Assembly (NCBI GenBank): GCA_965215885.1
Contig: CBDCEW010000090.1
Coordinates: 54,393-118,392 of the forward strand
DNA: 64,000 nucleotides
Direction of reading: 5' to 3'
Source of the DNA: Candidatus Moanibacter sp.
GTDB taxonomy: Bacteria; Verrucomicrobiota; Verrucomicrobiia; Opitutales; UBA2987
Shown: positions 32,478 through 42,752 of the stretch, piece by piece
Layout of the letters: every line of letters starts with the position of its first letter
Position numbering within the stretch: the first letter of the stretch is position 1
Position numbers and translations under genes: made by a program
Notes under the pieces: generated by a model
The model's input: only the letters and a program-made list of their open reading frames with translations
Database searches by the model: none
Told to the model about the DNA's origin: nothing

Positions 32478-32822
32478 ATGATCAGACTTCACGAATCGTT
32501 TGCTTCAGGTCTGCCGGAACAGATCTTCTCTCCGGGGGAGCTTGTACATCACAAGCGCTATGATTACAGGGGAGTTGTTGTCGAATACAATCCTACATGC
32601 CAGGCCGATGAAGCGTGGTATAAAGGTAATAAGACACAACCTGATCGCAATCAACCATGGTATCATGTGCTTGTCCATGGCGGTCAGCAAGTGACCTACG
32701 TGGCGCAAATAAATCTCGAACCGGACAATACCAGTGATCCTGTCAGCCACCCATTGGTTGATTATTTCTTCAGTGGGTTTGAGAGTGGAGTCTATATTCG
32801 CAACGATAGACCGTGGCCGTAA
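32478..32822 (+). CDS. hspQ: Heat shock protein HspQ (YccV)
   Basis: HHKRYDYRGVV, QPWYHVLV, TYVAQINL. Confidence 0.9.
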   Translation: MIRLHESFASGLPEQIFSPGELVHHKRYDYRGVVVEYNPTCQADEAWYKGNKTQPDRNQPWYHVLVHGGQQVTYVAQINLEPDNTSDPVSHPLVDYFFSGFESGVYIRNDRPWP

Positions 32823-32886
32823 GGGTAGGGGCGGAAACTCAAACAAACAATTTTTCAAAAGTTCCGAATATTCTGATACGCTACTT

Positions 32887-34359
32887 ATGACCGAGGCTCA
32901 AAAAGAGAATACGAATGATCTTTACGAGGTCAGGCTAAGGAAGCTTCAGGAGATGCGAGATCGGGGATGTGATCCCTTCAGGGCCAATTTCGAAGTCTCG
33001 CACACCTCCGCCGAAGCAATCTCGGCATATGCCGGAGACGACACCGAGGATACGGTCTCAGTTAGGGTGGCGGGGCGTATCGTGATTCGGCGGCTCATGG
33101 GAAAGGCGGCCTTTGTCAAAATTCTGGATCAGACGGGACAGATACAGCTTTACTTTCGGCGAGATGAAATCGGCGCCGAAAATTACGCGGAATTTAAGAA
33201 GCTCGACATAGGCGATTTTATCGGAGTTGAGGGACCACTCTTTAGAACGAAAACTGGAGAGATCACAATCCGCGCAAGGAAGTATAGAATAGTAGCCAAG
33301 GCCTTGCGCCCGTTACCGGAAAAATGGCATGGCCTTTCCGACGATGAGCAGATTTATCGGAAGCGCTACCTGGATCTCATTGTTAACCGGGAATCTCGCG
33401 ATCGATTTCTTACACGCAGTCGAATTGTATCTCGCATCAGGAGGTTTCTCGATGAGCGCGGATTCATTGAAGTAGAAACTCCAGTCCTTTTAGGTGAAGC
33501 AGGCGGCGCGGCGGCGCGCCCTTTTGTGACCCATTTCGGCGCTCTAGACTGTGATTTCTATTTGCGAATCGCCCTCGAATTGCATCTGAAACGGCTTCTT
33601 GTGGGGGGATTTGATCGTGTTTTTGAGATTGGGAGGATATTTCGAAACGAGGGTCTCTCCCGCAGACATAATCCCGAATTCACGATGCTCGAGATTTATC
33701 AGGCTTATACCGATTACCGTGGTATGATGAGCCTGGTGAGAGATCTGATTCAGACAGTCTGTAAGGATATCCTTCGGTCAACCAGTGTGGAGCGTCACGA
33801 TGGTCAAGTTATTGAGTTTGATGGCGAATGGCGAGAAGCGCGTTACAGGGATCTTGTAATCGAAGCGACGAAAGAGGAGAACTGGTTTGAATTTTCCAAG
33901 ACTGATAAGCTCTCTCGTTGCCGGGATCTCGAAATCGAGGTGGCTTCGGATTTACAGGACTTCGAAATTACTAACAATGTCTTTGAAAAACTTATTGAAC
34001 CCACCCTCATACAGCCGACCTTTGTGACGCATTTGCCGAAAGAGTTGGTCCCATTAGCGAAAATAAATGCAGATGATTCCTCCACTGTAGATGTGTTTGA
34101 ACTCTGTGTCGGAGGCCAGGAAATCGCGCCGGCCTATTCAGAGCAAAATGACCCGTTTGTACAACGGGAGATGTTTGAAGCGCAAGCGGGTGAGGAGATT
34201 CAGAATATTGATGAAGACTTTCTCACAGCTCTGGAGCATGGAATGCCGCCGGCCGGGGGGATGGGTTTGGGTATCGACCGGCTCTGTATTTTGCTCACAG
34301 GTGCGGCAAGTATACGTGATACGATTCTCTTTCCTTCACTGCGGCCAAGAGAAGATTGA
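32887..34359 (+). CDS. lysS: Lysine--tRNA ligase (class II)
   Basis: GGAAARPF, FRNEG, GMPPAGGMGLGIDRL. Confidence 0.97.
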   Translation: MTEAQKENTNDLYEVRLRKLQEMRDRGCDPFRANFEVSHTSAEAISAYAGDDTEDTVSVRVAGRIVIRRLMGKAAFVKILDQTGQIQLYFRRDEIGAENYAEFKKLDIGDFIGVEGPLFRTKTGEITIRARKYRIVAKALRPLPEKWHGLSDDEQIYRKRYLDLIVNRESRDRFLTRSRIVSRIRRFLDERGFIEVETPVLLGEAGGAAARPFVTHFGALDCDFYLRIALELHLKRLLVGGFDRVFEIGRIFRNEGLSRRHNPEFTMLEIYQAYTDYRGMMSLVRDLIQTVCKDILRSTSVERHDGQVIEFDGEWREARYRDLVIEATKEENWFEFSKTDKLSRCRDLEIEVASDLQDFEITNNVFEKLIEPTLIQPTFVTHLPKELVPLAKINADDSSTVDVFELCVGGQEIAPAYSEQNDPFVQREMFEAQAGEEIQNIDEDFLTALEHGMPPAGGMGLGIDRLCILLTGAASIRDTILFPSLRPRED

Positions 34360-34661
34360 AAGGCCAATTAGGAAAGGAGATATTGAGAGTTGAATAAGGA
34401 AAGCAGGAATGCAGGAAATTCAAAGTATTGCGGTCCAAGCGGACCACCAGTTGAAAAGAGACTGAACTTCGAACATTCAATGAACTTTGAACTCCGTAGG
34501 TCCCTACTTCGATGTTGGGTCCCGCTGGGCGGGATTCGATGTTGGATGTTCAATCAATCCGCGGTGTTCTCGAATCCGTGGGGCTACTATTCCTCTCTTA
34601 TTCCTCTTCGTTTCTCTCCAAACAGCGGTATAAGATTTTTTTGGTAGGATTTCTTCTTCCC

Positions 34662-35894
34662 ATGATTCCGTGGTATCTCTATCTCGCTTTAAAGCAGCTT
34701 TTCCCTTCAGGCAGGCGCGTTTCCTTCTTTTTCCTCATATCGGTGTGCGGTGTGATGCTGGGGGTGATGATTCTTGTAATCGTACAGAGTGTTATGGGTG
34801 GTTTCGGGATGACCTATCGGGAGAAAATAGTCGCAACAAATGGTCACCTCCGAATCGAAACCGGGGAAGTCATCTTCGGTTATTCGGAGCTTCTGAACTC
34901 TATCACGGCGAATCCCGCAGTCCGTGCCGCCGCTCCATATGCGCAGGGCGTTATCATGCTGCAGCATGATAATCGTCCCGCCTTTCCAATTCTTCGCGGT
35001 ATCGACATTGAACTCGAGCCGGAAGTGATACCGATCAATGAGTTCATCATTATCGGCGGATTGGATGGTCTCGACGATGACTCCGTGCTTTTGAGCAATG
35101 GACTTGCTGCTTCTATTGGTGCGACGCTTGGATCCGAGATCGAGATCTACACGCCCCTCATGCTGGAGAAGATCAAGCAAGACGAGATTCTCCTGCCCCG
35201 CGAACTTTCCGTGGCGGGAATTTATGAGACGGGATGGAACGATTTCGACAGCAACACGATGGTGGGGACGTTGCGGCTGATGCAGGAGTTATACAATCTT
35301 CGTGGCGGAATCCTCGGCATCACCGTGCGATTGAAGCCCGGATACGATGAGGAGCAAGTAGCCCGGGAAATGAGTTCTCAATTCCCTCCTCCAAACCGTG
35401 TTCTAACCTGGCTGGACATGTATGAAGATCTACTTTGGATCTTAAGACTCGAGAAGAATATGATGTTTTTTCTCCTCATATTCATCGTTATTGTGGCGGC
35501 GTTTGTCATCGCTATAGCTCAATTGCTAACGGTTCTCAGGAAGACGCGCGAAATCGGTCTTTTGGCCGCTTTGGGCGGAAAACCACGGCAGCTCATGGCT
35601 TGTTTCTGCTTTCAGGGGTTCTTTATCGGGGTGCTTGGAACGGCTTTGGGGATCCTGGTCGCGCTTGTGGCCCTCTACTTTCGCAACGATATCATTTATG
35701 GTTTCTCGAAGCTCACAGGCAGTGAGGAAGTGCTGCTTCGATTTTACCAGTTTGCCCGCTTGCCGGTGCATTATACTTCCGGTGACTTCATCGTTATATC
35801 GGTCAGCGCTCTTCTCCTTACTACACTGGCAGGACTGATTCCTGCCTGGAGAGCGGCTCGTATGAAACCGGCCGAAGCTTTACGCAGTGAATGA
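34662..35894 (+). CDS. Lipoprotein-releasing ABC permease LolC/E
   Basis: VQSVMGGF, KTREIGLLAALG, PAWRAARMKPAEALR. Confidence 0.88.
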   Translation: MIPWYLYLALKQLFPSGRRVSFFFLISVCGVMLGVMILVIVQSVMGGFGMTYREKIVATNGHLRIETGEVIFGYSELLNSITANPAVRAAAPYAQGVIMLQHDNRPAFPILRGIDIELEPEVIPINEFIIIGGLDGLDDDSVLLSNGLAASIGATLGSEIEIYTPLMLEKIKQDEILLPRELSVAGIYETGWNDFDSNTMVGTLRLMQELYNLRGGILGITVRLKPGYDEEQVAREMSSQFPPPNRVLTWLDMYEDLLWILRLEKNMMFFLLIFIVIVAAFVIAIAQLLTVLRKTREIGLLAALGGKPRQLMACFCFQGFFIGVLGTALGILVALVALYFRNDIIYGFSKLTGSEEVLLRFYQFARLPVHYTSGDFIVISVSALLLTTLAGLIPAWRAARMKPAEALRSE

Positions 35895-36573
35895 TGCTTC
35901 AGCAGTATTGACGGCGCGTGCGATTACGAAGGATTTTCGAAGTGGAGGCCGTAGAATTTCGGTTCTTCAGGGAGCCGATTTGGAAGTTTCCCAAGGTGAG
36001 AGTGTTAGCATCCGCGGGGAGTCTGGATGTGGAAAGACGACCTTCCTCAATATTGTCGCGGGTTTGGAGAATCCGGATACTGGAGACATCGCCTGGGGCG
36101 GTTGTGAGGTCAATGTGTTGTCCCCGACGAAACTTGCAGATATGCGCTCCGGGTGGATCGGTATGGTCTTTCAAGCTTACTACCTGATACCCGAATTAGA
36201 CACTCTCGAAAACGTAGTCATGGCCGCGCGGATTTCGGGTTCTTATGGCGAAAAGGTAAAGCGGCGGGCCGGGGAGCTTCTCACTCGCGTTGGGCTTGGC
36301 GAGCGTCAGCATAGTTCAACGACTCATCTCTCAGGAGGGGAACGCCAGCGGGTGGCGGTGGCGCGGGCTCTCATGAACATCCCGGCCATTGTTTTGGCGG
36401 ATGAGCCGACCGGTAACCTGGATGAGAAAACGGCCCGGGGCGTAATGGATCTGCTCCTGGAAATTTGCAGGGAGGAGAACGCCGGTTTGATTCTTGTTAC
36501 CCATAACCCCGAGTTTGCCAAACGCACCGATCGCCAAATCCTACTGCATGATGGAGCGTTTGAGGAGGTTTGA
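35887..36573 (+). CDS. lolD: Lipoprotein-releasing ABC ATPase
   Basis: GESGCGKT, LSGGERQR, DEPTGNLD. Confidence 0.88.
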   Translation: MNDASAVLTARAITKDFRSGGRRISVLQGADLEVSQGESVSIRGESGCGKTTFLNIVAGLENPDTGDIAWGGCEVNVLSPTKLADMRSGWIGMVFQAYYLIPELDTLENVVMAARISGSYGEKVKRRAGELLTRVGLGERQHSSTTHLSGGERQRVAVARALMNIPAIVLADEPTGNLDEKTARGVMDLLLEICREENAGLILVTHNPEFAKRTDRQILLHDGAFEEV

Positions 36574-36857
36574 AGCTCTTCCACCCGCTAGGGAACTTCG
36601 GCGCGAGCTTTGTCGTCAACTTCGTCGTTCTTCCCGGTCGATCCCTCGTCCAGGCTTACGATAAAGCTTGCGACGAAGTTTGGAGAAGATTTGCACGCCG
36701 TAAGGAATCCTTTGTCGTCAAAGCGACTTATTGGCTCCTCAGTCGGCACGACGAGATCCACGCGCGATAGTTCTCGACGTATTCGCGGGAAAGTCGAAAT
36801 ACTGTTCTTCTGCCATTCCAGGAAATTTTGGGTGAAGCTTACGAGAAAAGCGGGCTA

Positions 36858-37043
36858 ATGCATCCGGAACAGAAAAAGATCTTCGCGGCCATGACACCGG
36901 AGAGGAAACTTCAAGTAGCCTCACTTCTTTTCCGTTCGGCATGGCAGCTCAAGTGGGCCGGGGTGAAAGCTCAGCATCCCGATTGGTCTGACGAAAAAAT
37001 CCGCGACAGAGTAAAAAAGAGTTTCCTCTATGCTCGAGACTAA
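36858..37043 (+). CDS. Small protein partnered with the nucleotidyltransferase (TA-like pair)
   Basis: MTPERKL...QHPDWS..I; overlaps the next gene. Confidence 0.7.
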   Translation: MHPEQKKIFAAMTPERKLQVASLLFRSAWQLKWAGVKAQHPDWSDEKIRDRVKKSFLYARD

Positions 37044-37599
37044 CCTTTTTCTGACTTTCACGCACCCGCTCAATGAGCTGGATATTCCTTACATGGTTAC
37101 GGGTGCGGTGGCCGCGATCTTCTATGGAGAGCCCCGTTTGACCCACGACGTGGATCTGGTCATCGAGTTGGACAGGGCGATCGTTCCCTCCGTCTGCAGG
37201 GCTTTTCCTATTGAACGATTTTACTGTCCCCCTGAAGAGATCATAGTATGTGAAGCGACAAGAAGCGCCCGTGGGCATTTCAACATAATCCACCACGAGT
37301 CAGGGTTTAAAGCAGATATTTATCTCGTTGGAGAAGATCGCCTGCATGGATGGGGAATGGCTAACCGGCGTCGAGTTGAAGTAGAGAACGATTTCTTGTG
37401 GCTGGCGCCGCCGGAATACGTGATTCTTCGAAAATTGGAGTACCACCATGAAGGAGGATCAGAAAAGCATATCCGAGACATTCACGGCATGATTGAAATT
37501 TCTGGAGATACCTTTGATCTTAAATTGATCACAGAGAAAGCTGTGGAAATGGGGACCGGCAGCGTTTGGAAAAGATTTAGGGAGATTGATACCCTCTAA
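37030..37599 (+). CDS. Nucleotidyltransferase-fold protein (AbiEii/DUF6036-like)
   Basis: YMVTGAVA..YGEPRLTHDVD, ILRKL, SEKHIRDI. Confidence 0.8.
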   Translation: MLETNLFLTFTHPLNELDIPYMVTGAVAAIFYGEPRLTHDVDLVIELDRAIVPSVCRAFPIERFYCPPEEIIVCEATRSARGHFNIIHHESGFKADIYLVGEDRLHGWGMANRRRVEVENDFLWLAPPEYVILRKLEYHHEGGSEKHIRDIHGMIEISGDTFDLKLITEKAVEMGTGSVWKRFREIDTL

Positions 37600-37691
37600 A
37601 AGGCGGTTGGCTCTTAGGTTTTACGCGATTAGCGTTATTGCTTGTGGTCTTAATATTCTTGCAGATTTAATTCGCCGGTCGGCCTTCCTGA

Positions 37692-37764
37692 CCACGTTCT
37701 TGCGAACGCGGCTACAAATATTAACGACTTACTGAGCGTTGTAGCCGCGTTCGCAAGAACGTGG
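37692..37764. repeat. GTAG-type REP doublet
   Basis: Perfect 24-bp inverted repeat GTAGCCGCGTTCGCAAGAACGTGG; related single copy at 30627-30649. Confidence 0.85.
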
Positions 37765-37867
37765 AGGTTTTCAGCAGAATCAGCACTATGGCTCGACCCC
37801 TTTGCTTTCAACATCGAACCAAGGCACTCTCTATCACGCTAAACGCGTAATTTGTGTTCTTCAGGAA

Positions 37868-38824
37868 ATGGAAGAGGAGGAGCGAATAAAATGCGGAGTC
37901 GCGGGAGTGGGCTATCTCGGTCAGCACCATGCGCGCATTTATGGAGAGTTAGACAACTGCGAGCTTGTGGGCGTCTTCGATGTCGACGAAAGCCGATCGA
38001 GAGAAATTGGAGAAGCCAACAACTGTCAGTGTTACCGCTCTCTTAACGAATTGGCGGATGCCTGTCATGCGGTCAGCGTGTCGGTGCCCACAGACAAGCA
38101 CGGTGAGGTAGCAATCGCTCTTCTGGAAGCCGGTTGTCACATTCTAATCGAAAAGCCGCTTTGCACGAGCTTGAGGGAGGCGGAAGAAATCTTGGCGGCG
38201 GCCAGGAATTCGGGAACGATTGTGCAGGTCGGGCATATCGAGCACTTCAATCCCGTGATGGCGTTTCTGGAGCAAGCGGTCAATCAACCGATGTACATCA
38301 CAGCCGATCGTTTAGCGCCTTTCGATGCTCGCGGCACGGAAGTCGGAGTCGTGCTCGATCTTATGATCCATGATATTGGAGTGATTCTTACTCTGGTGAA
38401 ATCTTCAATCGCGAAGATTGAGAGTGTAGGTGTGAGCGTGTTATCCCGCACGGAGGATATCGCCAATGCCCGGATAGTTTTCGAGAGTGGTTGTGTGGCG
38501 AACATAAACGCGAGTCGGGTAAGTCAGAAAAAGGTTCGTGAGATTCGCGTCTTTCAATCGAACGCTTATCTCTCACTCGATTTCATGAATCAGAAGGGCC
38601 ACCTGATGCGGAAGGAAGGGGTTCAACTCAGTCGCGAAGAGATTCCGATCGAGAAGGGAGAACCACTCTCCCTTGAGATCGATTCCTTTGTCGAATGTGT
38701 GTCGCGCTTTAAAGAGCCAAAGGTCGGAGCCACTCTGGGTAAATCTGCCCTGGAGGTAGCAATCCAGATAACGGAGCAGATTAGCGAGGTATCAAAGAAT
38801 CAATCTCACAACGAATGCGGATAA
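37868..38824 (+). CDS. Gfo/Idh/MocA oxidoreductase (GnnA-like; adjacent to lpxB)
   Basis: GVGYLGQHH, EKP, VGHIEHFNP, DLMIHD. Confidence 0.88.
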   Translation: MEEEERIKCGVAGVGYLGQHHARIYGELDNCELVGVFDVDESRSREIGEANNCQCYRSLNELADACHAVSVSVPTDKHGEVAIALLEAGCHILIEKPLCTSLREAEEILAAARNSGTIVQVGHIEHFNPVMAFLEQAVNQPMYITADRLAPFDARGTEVGVVLDLMIHDIGVILTLVKSSIAKIESVGVSVLSRTEDIANARIVFESGCVANINASRVSQKKVREIRVFQSNAYLSLDFMNQKGHLMRKEGVQLSREEIPIEKGEPLSLEIDSFVECVSRFKEPKVGATLGKSALEVAIQITEQISEVSKNQSHNECG

Positions 38825-38897
38825 CTATTCACCGGAGGCAATTCGGGCTGGCGCCCTCATGCCTCAGTGAGCCGTTAAGGTTAGCAGTCCGAGCGAA

Positions 38898-40079
38898 ATG
38901 CCAAGTAAGCATGTAAGGGCTCCGAGTTTGCCGATACCAGATAAGGGGCAATCCGATTTGCTGATTATTGCTGGAGAACATTCCGGCGATCAACATGCAG
39001 CTCGTCTCATAAAGGGTCTGCTTGAGGTTCGACCCGAGTTTAATGTCGTCGCCCTGGGCGGTGGCCGGCTGGAGAATGCGGGCGCGCAGCTTCTTTACGA
39101 TCTCACGCGCCATTCGGTCGTCGGTTTTTTCGAAGTCTTGAAAAGCTATTCCTTCTTTCGAGATTTGTTTCACAGGACTGTGGGCTGGATCTCCGAACAC
39201 CGTCCCCGCAATATCTGTCTGGTCGACTATCCGGGGTTTAACCTGCGGTTGGCGAAGAAGCTCTACGAAGTTGGATTAAGTCGAAAAGGGGGGGGAGAAA
39301 TTGGTGTCTACTACTATATCGGCCCTCAAATCTGGGCGTGGAAGGCGAAAAGGCGATTCCAGATGGCCCGATATCTTGACGCGCTCGCAGTCATTTTTCC
39401 GTTTGAAGTCGACTGTTATGAAGATACCGCTTTGCCGGTCAGCTTTGTGGGGCACCCATTTGTAGATGGCGATTATTGTCTCCCTCTACGTTTCGATGCG
39501 GAAGGACCGGTTTTGCTTTTGCCGGGAAGCCGACGCACTGCCGTGTCGAGGATTTTCCCCCTCTTGGCAGATGCGTTCGAGTCCTTGTTGCGAGACCGGG
39601 CGGATGAGAGTGCTTTAATTATCTATCCGGATAGTGAAGTGCGGGACGTAGTAGAGGCAATTTTGAGGAATCGCGATGGACTGGGAGATCATTGCCAGCT
39701 GGTCCAGTTTGAAGGTACGTTTTCCGGGAAGGCTGCGCTGACAAGCTCCGGTACGATGTCACTCGCTTGCGGATTGGCCGGCATACCCGGCGCCATCGCC
39801 TATCGGGCTCATCCCTTGACATATTTACTGGCTCGAACGATGATTCGAGTTCCGTATTTGGGAATTGCCAATCTCCTTCTCGAGGAGCCCCTATATCCGG
39901 AATTCATACAGGGAACGGCAAATCGTGAGAATCTGGCGAATGCTTTGGAGGCCGCTATAAGTTCCCAAGAGAAGGTCACGGCGGCCTGTGAGGGTTCGCG
40001 GAAACTGCGAGCCATACTATCCCGCGAGAAGACAGACTCCGCTTCGGCGTGGCTCGAAAAGTTAATGAGCTGCGATTGA
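38898..40079 (+). CDS. lpxB: Lipid-A-disaccharide synthase
   Basis: AGEHSGD, VDYPGFN, PQIWAW, LLPGSR, SGT. Confidence 0.95.
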   Translation: MPSKHVRAPSLPIPDKGQSDLLIIAGEHSGDQHAARLIKGLLEVRPEFNVVALGGGRLENAGAQLLYDLTRHSVVGFFEVLKSYSFFRDLFHRTVGWISEHRPRNICLVDYPGFNLRLAKKLYEVGLSRKGGGEIGVYYYIGPQIWAWKAKRRFQMARYLDALAVIFPFEVDCYEDTALPVSFVGHPFVDGDYCLPLRFDAEGPVLLLPGSRRTAVSRIFPLLADAFESLLRDRADESALIIYPDSEVRDVVEAILRNRDGLGDHCQLVQFEGTFSGKAALTSSGTMSLACGLAGIPGAIAYRAHPLTYLLARTMIRVPYLGIANLLLEEPLYPEFIQGTANRENLANALEAAISSQEKVTAACEGSRKLRAILSREKTDSASAWLEKLMSCD

Positions 40080-40112
40080 TGGGAATTCGAGTACCTAGGA
40101 AGAATCTACGAG

Positions 40113-40203
40113 AACCCACCCCTGGCCCCTCCGCGGAGGGGATCTTCTCATTTCAGAGCTCATTCACCAAGCTCCCCTCCCACGGAGGGGCCAGGGGTGG
40201 GTT
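40113..40203. repeat. CCCACCCCTGGCCCCTCC-type inverted repeat pair
   Basis: Perfect 21-bp arms 40113-40133 / 40183-40203. Confidence 0.85.
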
Positions 40204-40358
40204 GCTTGCAATGATAAAGAGACAACGGACGACGGACAACAGACCAATTCACTCTTCCACTGTGGGACTTTGCAACTTTTCCACTGTTTACTGCTGAGCG
40301 CAGCGAAGTCCCGGCTGGCCGGGGTTCACTGAACACTGTTTACTGATCCCTTGCGGCC

Positions 40359-41402
40359 TCACACAAGAGACTTCCACAGCTGTTCCGCCCTCGAGAATAG
40401 TACTTCCCGGCACGAAATGATCTCCGCTTCACGTTCCCTGAGGTTTTCGTTAGCGATCTGCGAAATGTCGTTAAGATTATAGAGAAAAACGTTGGGCAAT
40501 TGAGACGCTCTCGGATCGACGTTGCGCGGTAGGGCGAGATCGATTATAAAAAGCGGTTGATTGGGTCTCTTTTGGATGGCTTCTTTGACCGATTCATTGG
40601 TAAGGAGCGGCTCAGGGGCCGCCGTGGAACAGATCACAATATCAAAGAATGAGAGTTTGCTCGGGTATTGGTCGAATTCCAGAGTTTCGCTTGCGATATC
40701 TTCGGCAAGTTTTTCGACATTTTCCCGTGTTCTGCCGGTAACCGTGATTGAATCGGCGCCTCGGCTTTTCAGCGCTTTAGCCGTCTTTTCACCAACCTCG
40801 CCGGTGCCCAGGACTAAGATTCGAGCGGCGTTGAGTTTTCCGAATATTCGTAGCGCCAGATTCACACATATGTTACCAATGCTGATGTGGCCCTTGCCGA
40901 TGCCGGTATGAGTTCTGGCCCATTTAGCCGCCTGGAAACTCTTTTGGAAAAGCCGGTGCAATAAGGGACCGACCGAGGAATGCTTAATCGCGATACCGTA
41001 AGAATCTTTTAGCTGACCAAAGATCTCCGTTTCGCCGACCATCTGAGAGTCGATTCCGCTCGAGACCTCGAACAGGTGCTTGACAACTTTCGGCCCCGTC
41101 TTGCGGAAACTGTAGCGACTGAATTCGGGTCGATCGAATCGATGGAAGTCACAGAGGAAACTCTCGATCTCCTCCTGCACCGTGATGCGTGGGGATACGG
41201 TATAGAGTTCGATCCTATTGCAGGTATTGAGAATAAGGAATTCCCTCAGATCTTTGATTTCTTTAAGGTGCTTGTAGATATGGGGGAGCTGGTCGTCTGC
41301 CACTGCAAATCTCTCACGAACCTCGAGCGGCGCCGTGCGGTGACTGCTTCCCAGAAGCAGGAGTTTGTTTTCCGTCGTCTGCATTACCTCAACCGTTCCC
41401 AT
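40359..41402 (-). CDS. hemA: Glutamyl-tRNA reductase (short C-terminus)
   Basis: TCNRIE, SGIDSQMVGETEIFGQ, DLALPRNVD. Confidence 0.95.
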   Translation of the reverse strand: MGTVEVMQTTENKLLLLGSSHRTAPLEVRERFAVADDQLPHIYKHLKEIKDLREFLILNTCNRIELYTVSPRITVQEEIESFLCDFHRFDRPEFSRYSFRKTGPKVVKHLFEVSSGIDSQMVGETEIFGQLKDSYGIAIKHSSVGPLLHRLFQKSFQAAKWARTHTGIGKGHISIGNICVNLALRIFGKLNAARILVLGTGEVGEKTAKALKSRGADSITVTGRTRENVEKLAEDIASETLEFDQYPSKLSFFDIVICSTAAPEPLLTNESVKEAIQKRPNQPLFIIDLALPRNVDPRASQLPNVFLYNLNDISQIANENLREREAEIISCREVLFSRAEQLWKSLV

Positions 41403-42237
41403 GCACTTGAGTTTCCCTTTCTGATGGTCGGCTCGCGTCTACGGGCCAGATCGAGAATAGAGCGAGAGCGAAAATCGTCAGGCAGCACCAGGCAAAACTC
41501 CTCGAGAGTAGCTTGTTGGATAAATTTAGAACGAGGGCGAGTGTATAGGCTAGCCAGATGATTAGCGAAATCAGGAGCTTGGGGATTCTCACCTGCTCCC
41601 AATCACCGACCCAATAGTAGGCGCCTACAATCAGAGAAAAGGTCAGGACGAACACGCCCGTTATGAGAAGACGCCTGTTAATCTGGTCAAGTTGGACAAT
41701 TGACGGAAGGACTGAATAAACGCCCGTGTATTTTTTCCCTTTTAATCCGTAATTCTGGAGCAGATACATGGCTGAAGTTAAAGCCAATACGGCAAAGACG
41801 CCGTAGCTGAACATGGCGGAGGAAGCGTGTGCCTCAATCCATGGATTGTCGCCGAATATGCTTCTTTCGTAGGGTCGATCCCAGGCAGTTATGGAAAGTG
41901 ACAGAATTCCCAATATCGCCGCCATGCCGACACTGAAAAATCCGAGCAAGCTGATTCGAAAGGCGGGACCGACAGCGAGATAGAGTAGGACTACAGACCA
42001 CGTAATGAATTGTATGATCTCGAAGACGTTGCCCACTGGGCAGCTCTTAACCTCCAGACCGCGCAGATATAAACCGCACGTCTGGAAACAGAATCCAACG
42101 ACGGCGAGGAGCAGCACAGCCAGCCGGGAATGAGATCTCCTTCGCTTTAAGGAAAAAAGAACATAACCAAACCCAATACTGTAAAAAATCGTACCAATCC
42201 AAAGTAAAATCCGCTCATCTGTCAGTAAGGAGTTCAT
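41389..42237 (-). CDS. Cytochrome c assembly CcsA/HemX-like membrane protein
   Basis: Multi-TM protein with WIEAH, LPSIVQLD and PKL; overlaps hemA. Confidence 0.82.
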   Translation of the reverse strand: MNSLLTDERILLWIGTIFYSIGFGYVLFSLKRRRSHSRLAVLLLAVVGFCFQTCGLYLRGLEVKSCPVGNVFEIIQFITWSVVLLYLAVGPAFRISLLGFFSVGMAAILGILSLSITAWDRPYERSIFGDNPWIEAHASSAMFSYGVFAVLALTSAMYLLQNYGLKGKKYTGVYSVLPSIVQLDQINRRLLITGVFVLTFSLIVGAYYWVGDWEQVRIPKLLISLIIWLAYTLALVLNLSNKLLSRSFAWCCLTIFALALFSIWPVDASRPSERETQVHGNG

Positions 42238-42306
42238 CAGAAAACGTTTTCTACTTGATCAATAGATGCTCGTAGCATGCTTGGCGATGGGTTATGCGGA
42301 TACGAA

Positions 42307-42374
42307 CGAATAGTTCCCGTTTTCCGCTACCGTTCTACCTGAATTCGTAGCGGAAAGCGGGAGCTTTTCGTCAA
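42307..42374. repeat. GTAG-type REP doublet
   Basis: CGAATAGTTCCCGTTTTCCGCTAC ... GTAGCGGAAAGCGGGAGCTTTTCG. Confidence 0.8.
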
Positions 42375-42398
42375 CCGAAATAGAAAATAAGACTCCAT

Positions 42399-42720
42399 AT
42401 TACTATCCGTCAAAACTTAGTTTTTTGAACACATTTTGGAGTGTAACATGTTGGTATTCAAGGTAGTAGAGTCGACCCGTCGTCGCTCTGCTTTGCCGAG
42501 GCATGCAAGGTTACCAAGGTATTCCGAGTTACCTTCTCGATTCGATCAAGAATCTCCTCACTGTTTATGAGTTCGGGGTGAGCTTGTCGAACCGTTGGGA
42601 ATCCCTCTTCATCAAATCTGCGGTTTTCTCGAATCCGTGGTACCTTCTTCTTTATTCGCGTTCATTTGCGTCCATTTGCGGTTCTCTTTTTCTTTTTTGG
42701 TTGCGGCTACGCTGCGCTAG
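42399..42720 (+). mobile_element. Family-A non-autonomous element A1
   Basis: Starts ATTACTATCCGTCAAAA, ends TTGGTTGCGGCTACGCTGCGCTAG; T|G junction. Confidence 0.75.
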
Positions 42721-42752
42721 GGCGATTTGTAGCGTCTGATGAACAATAGACA

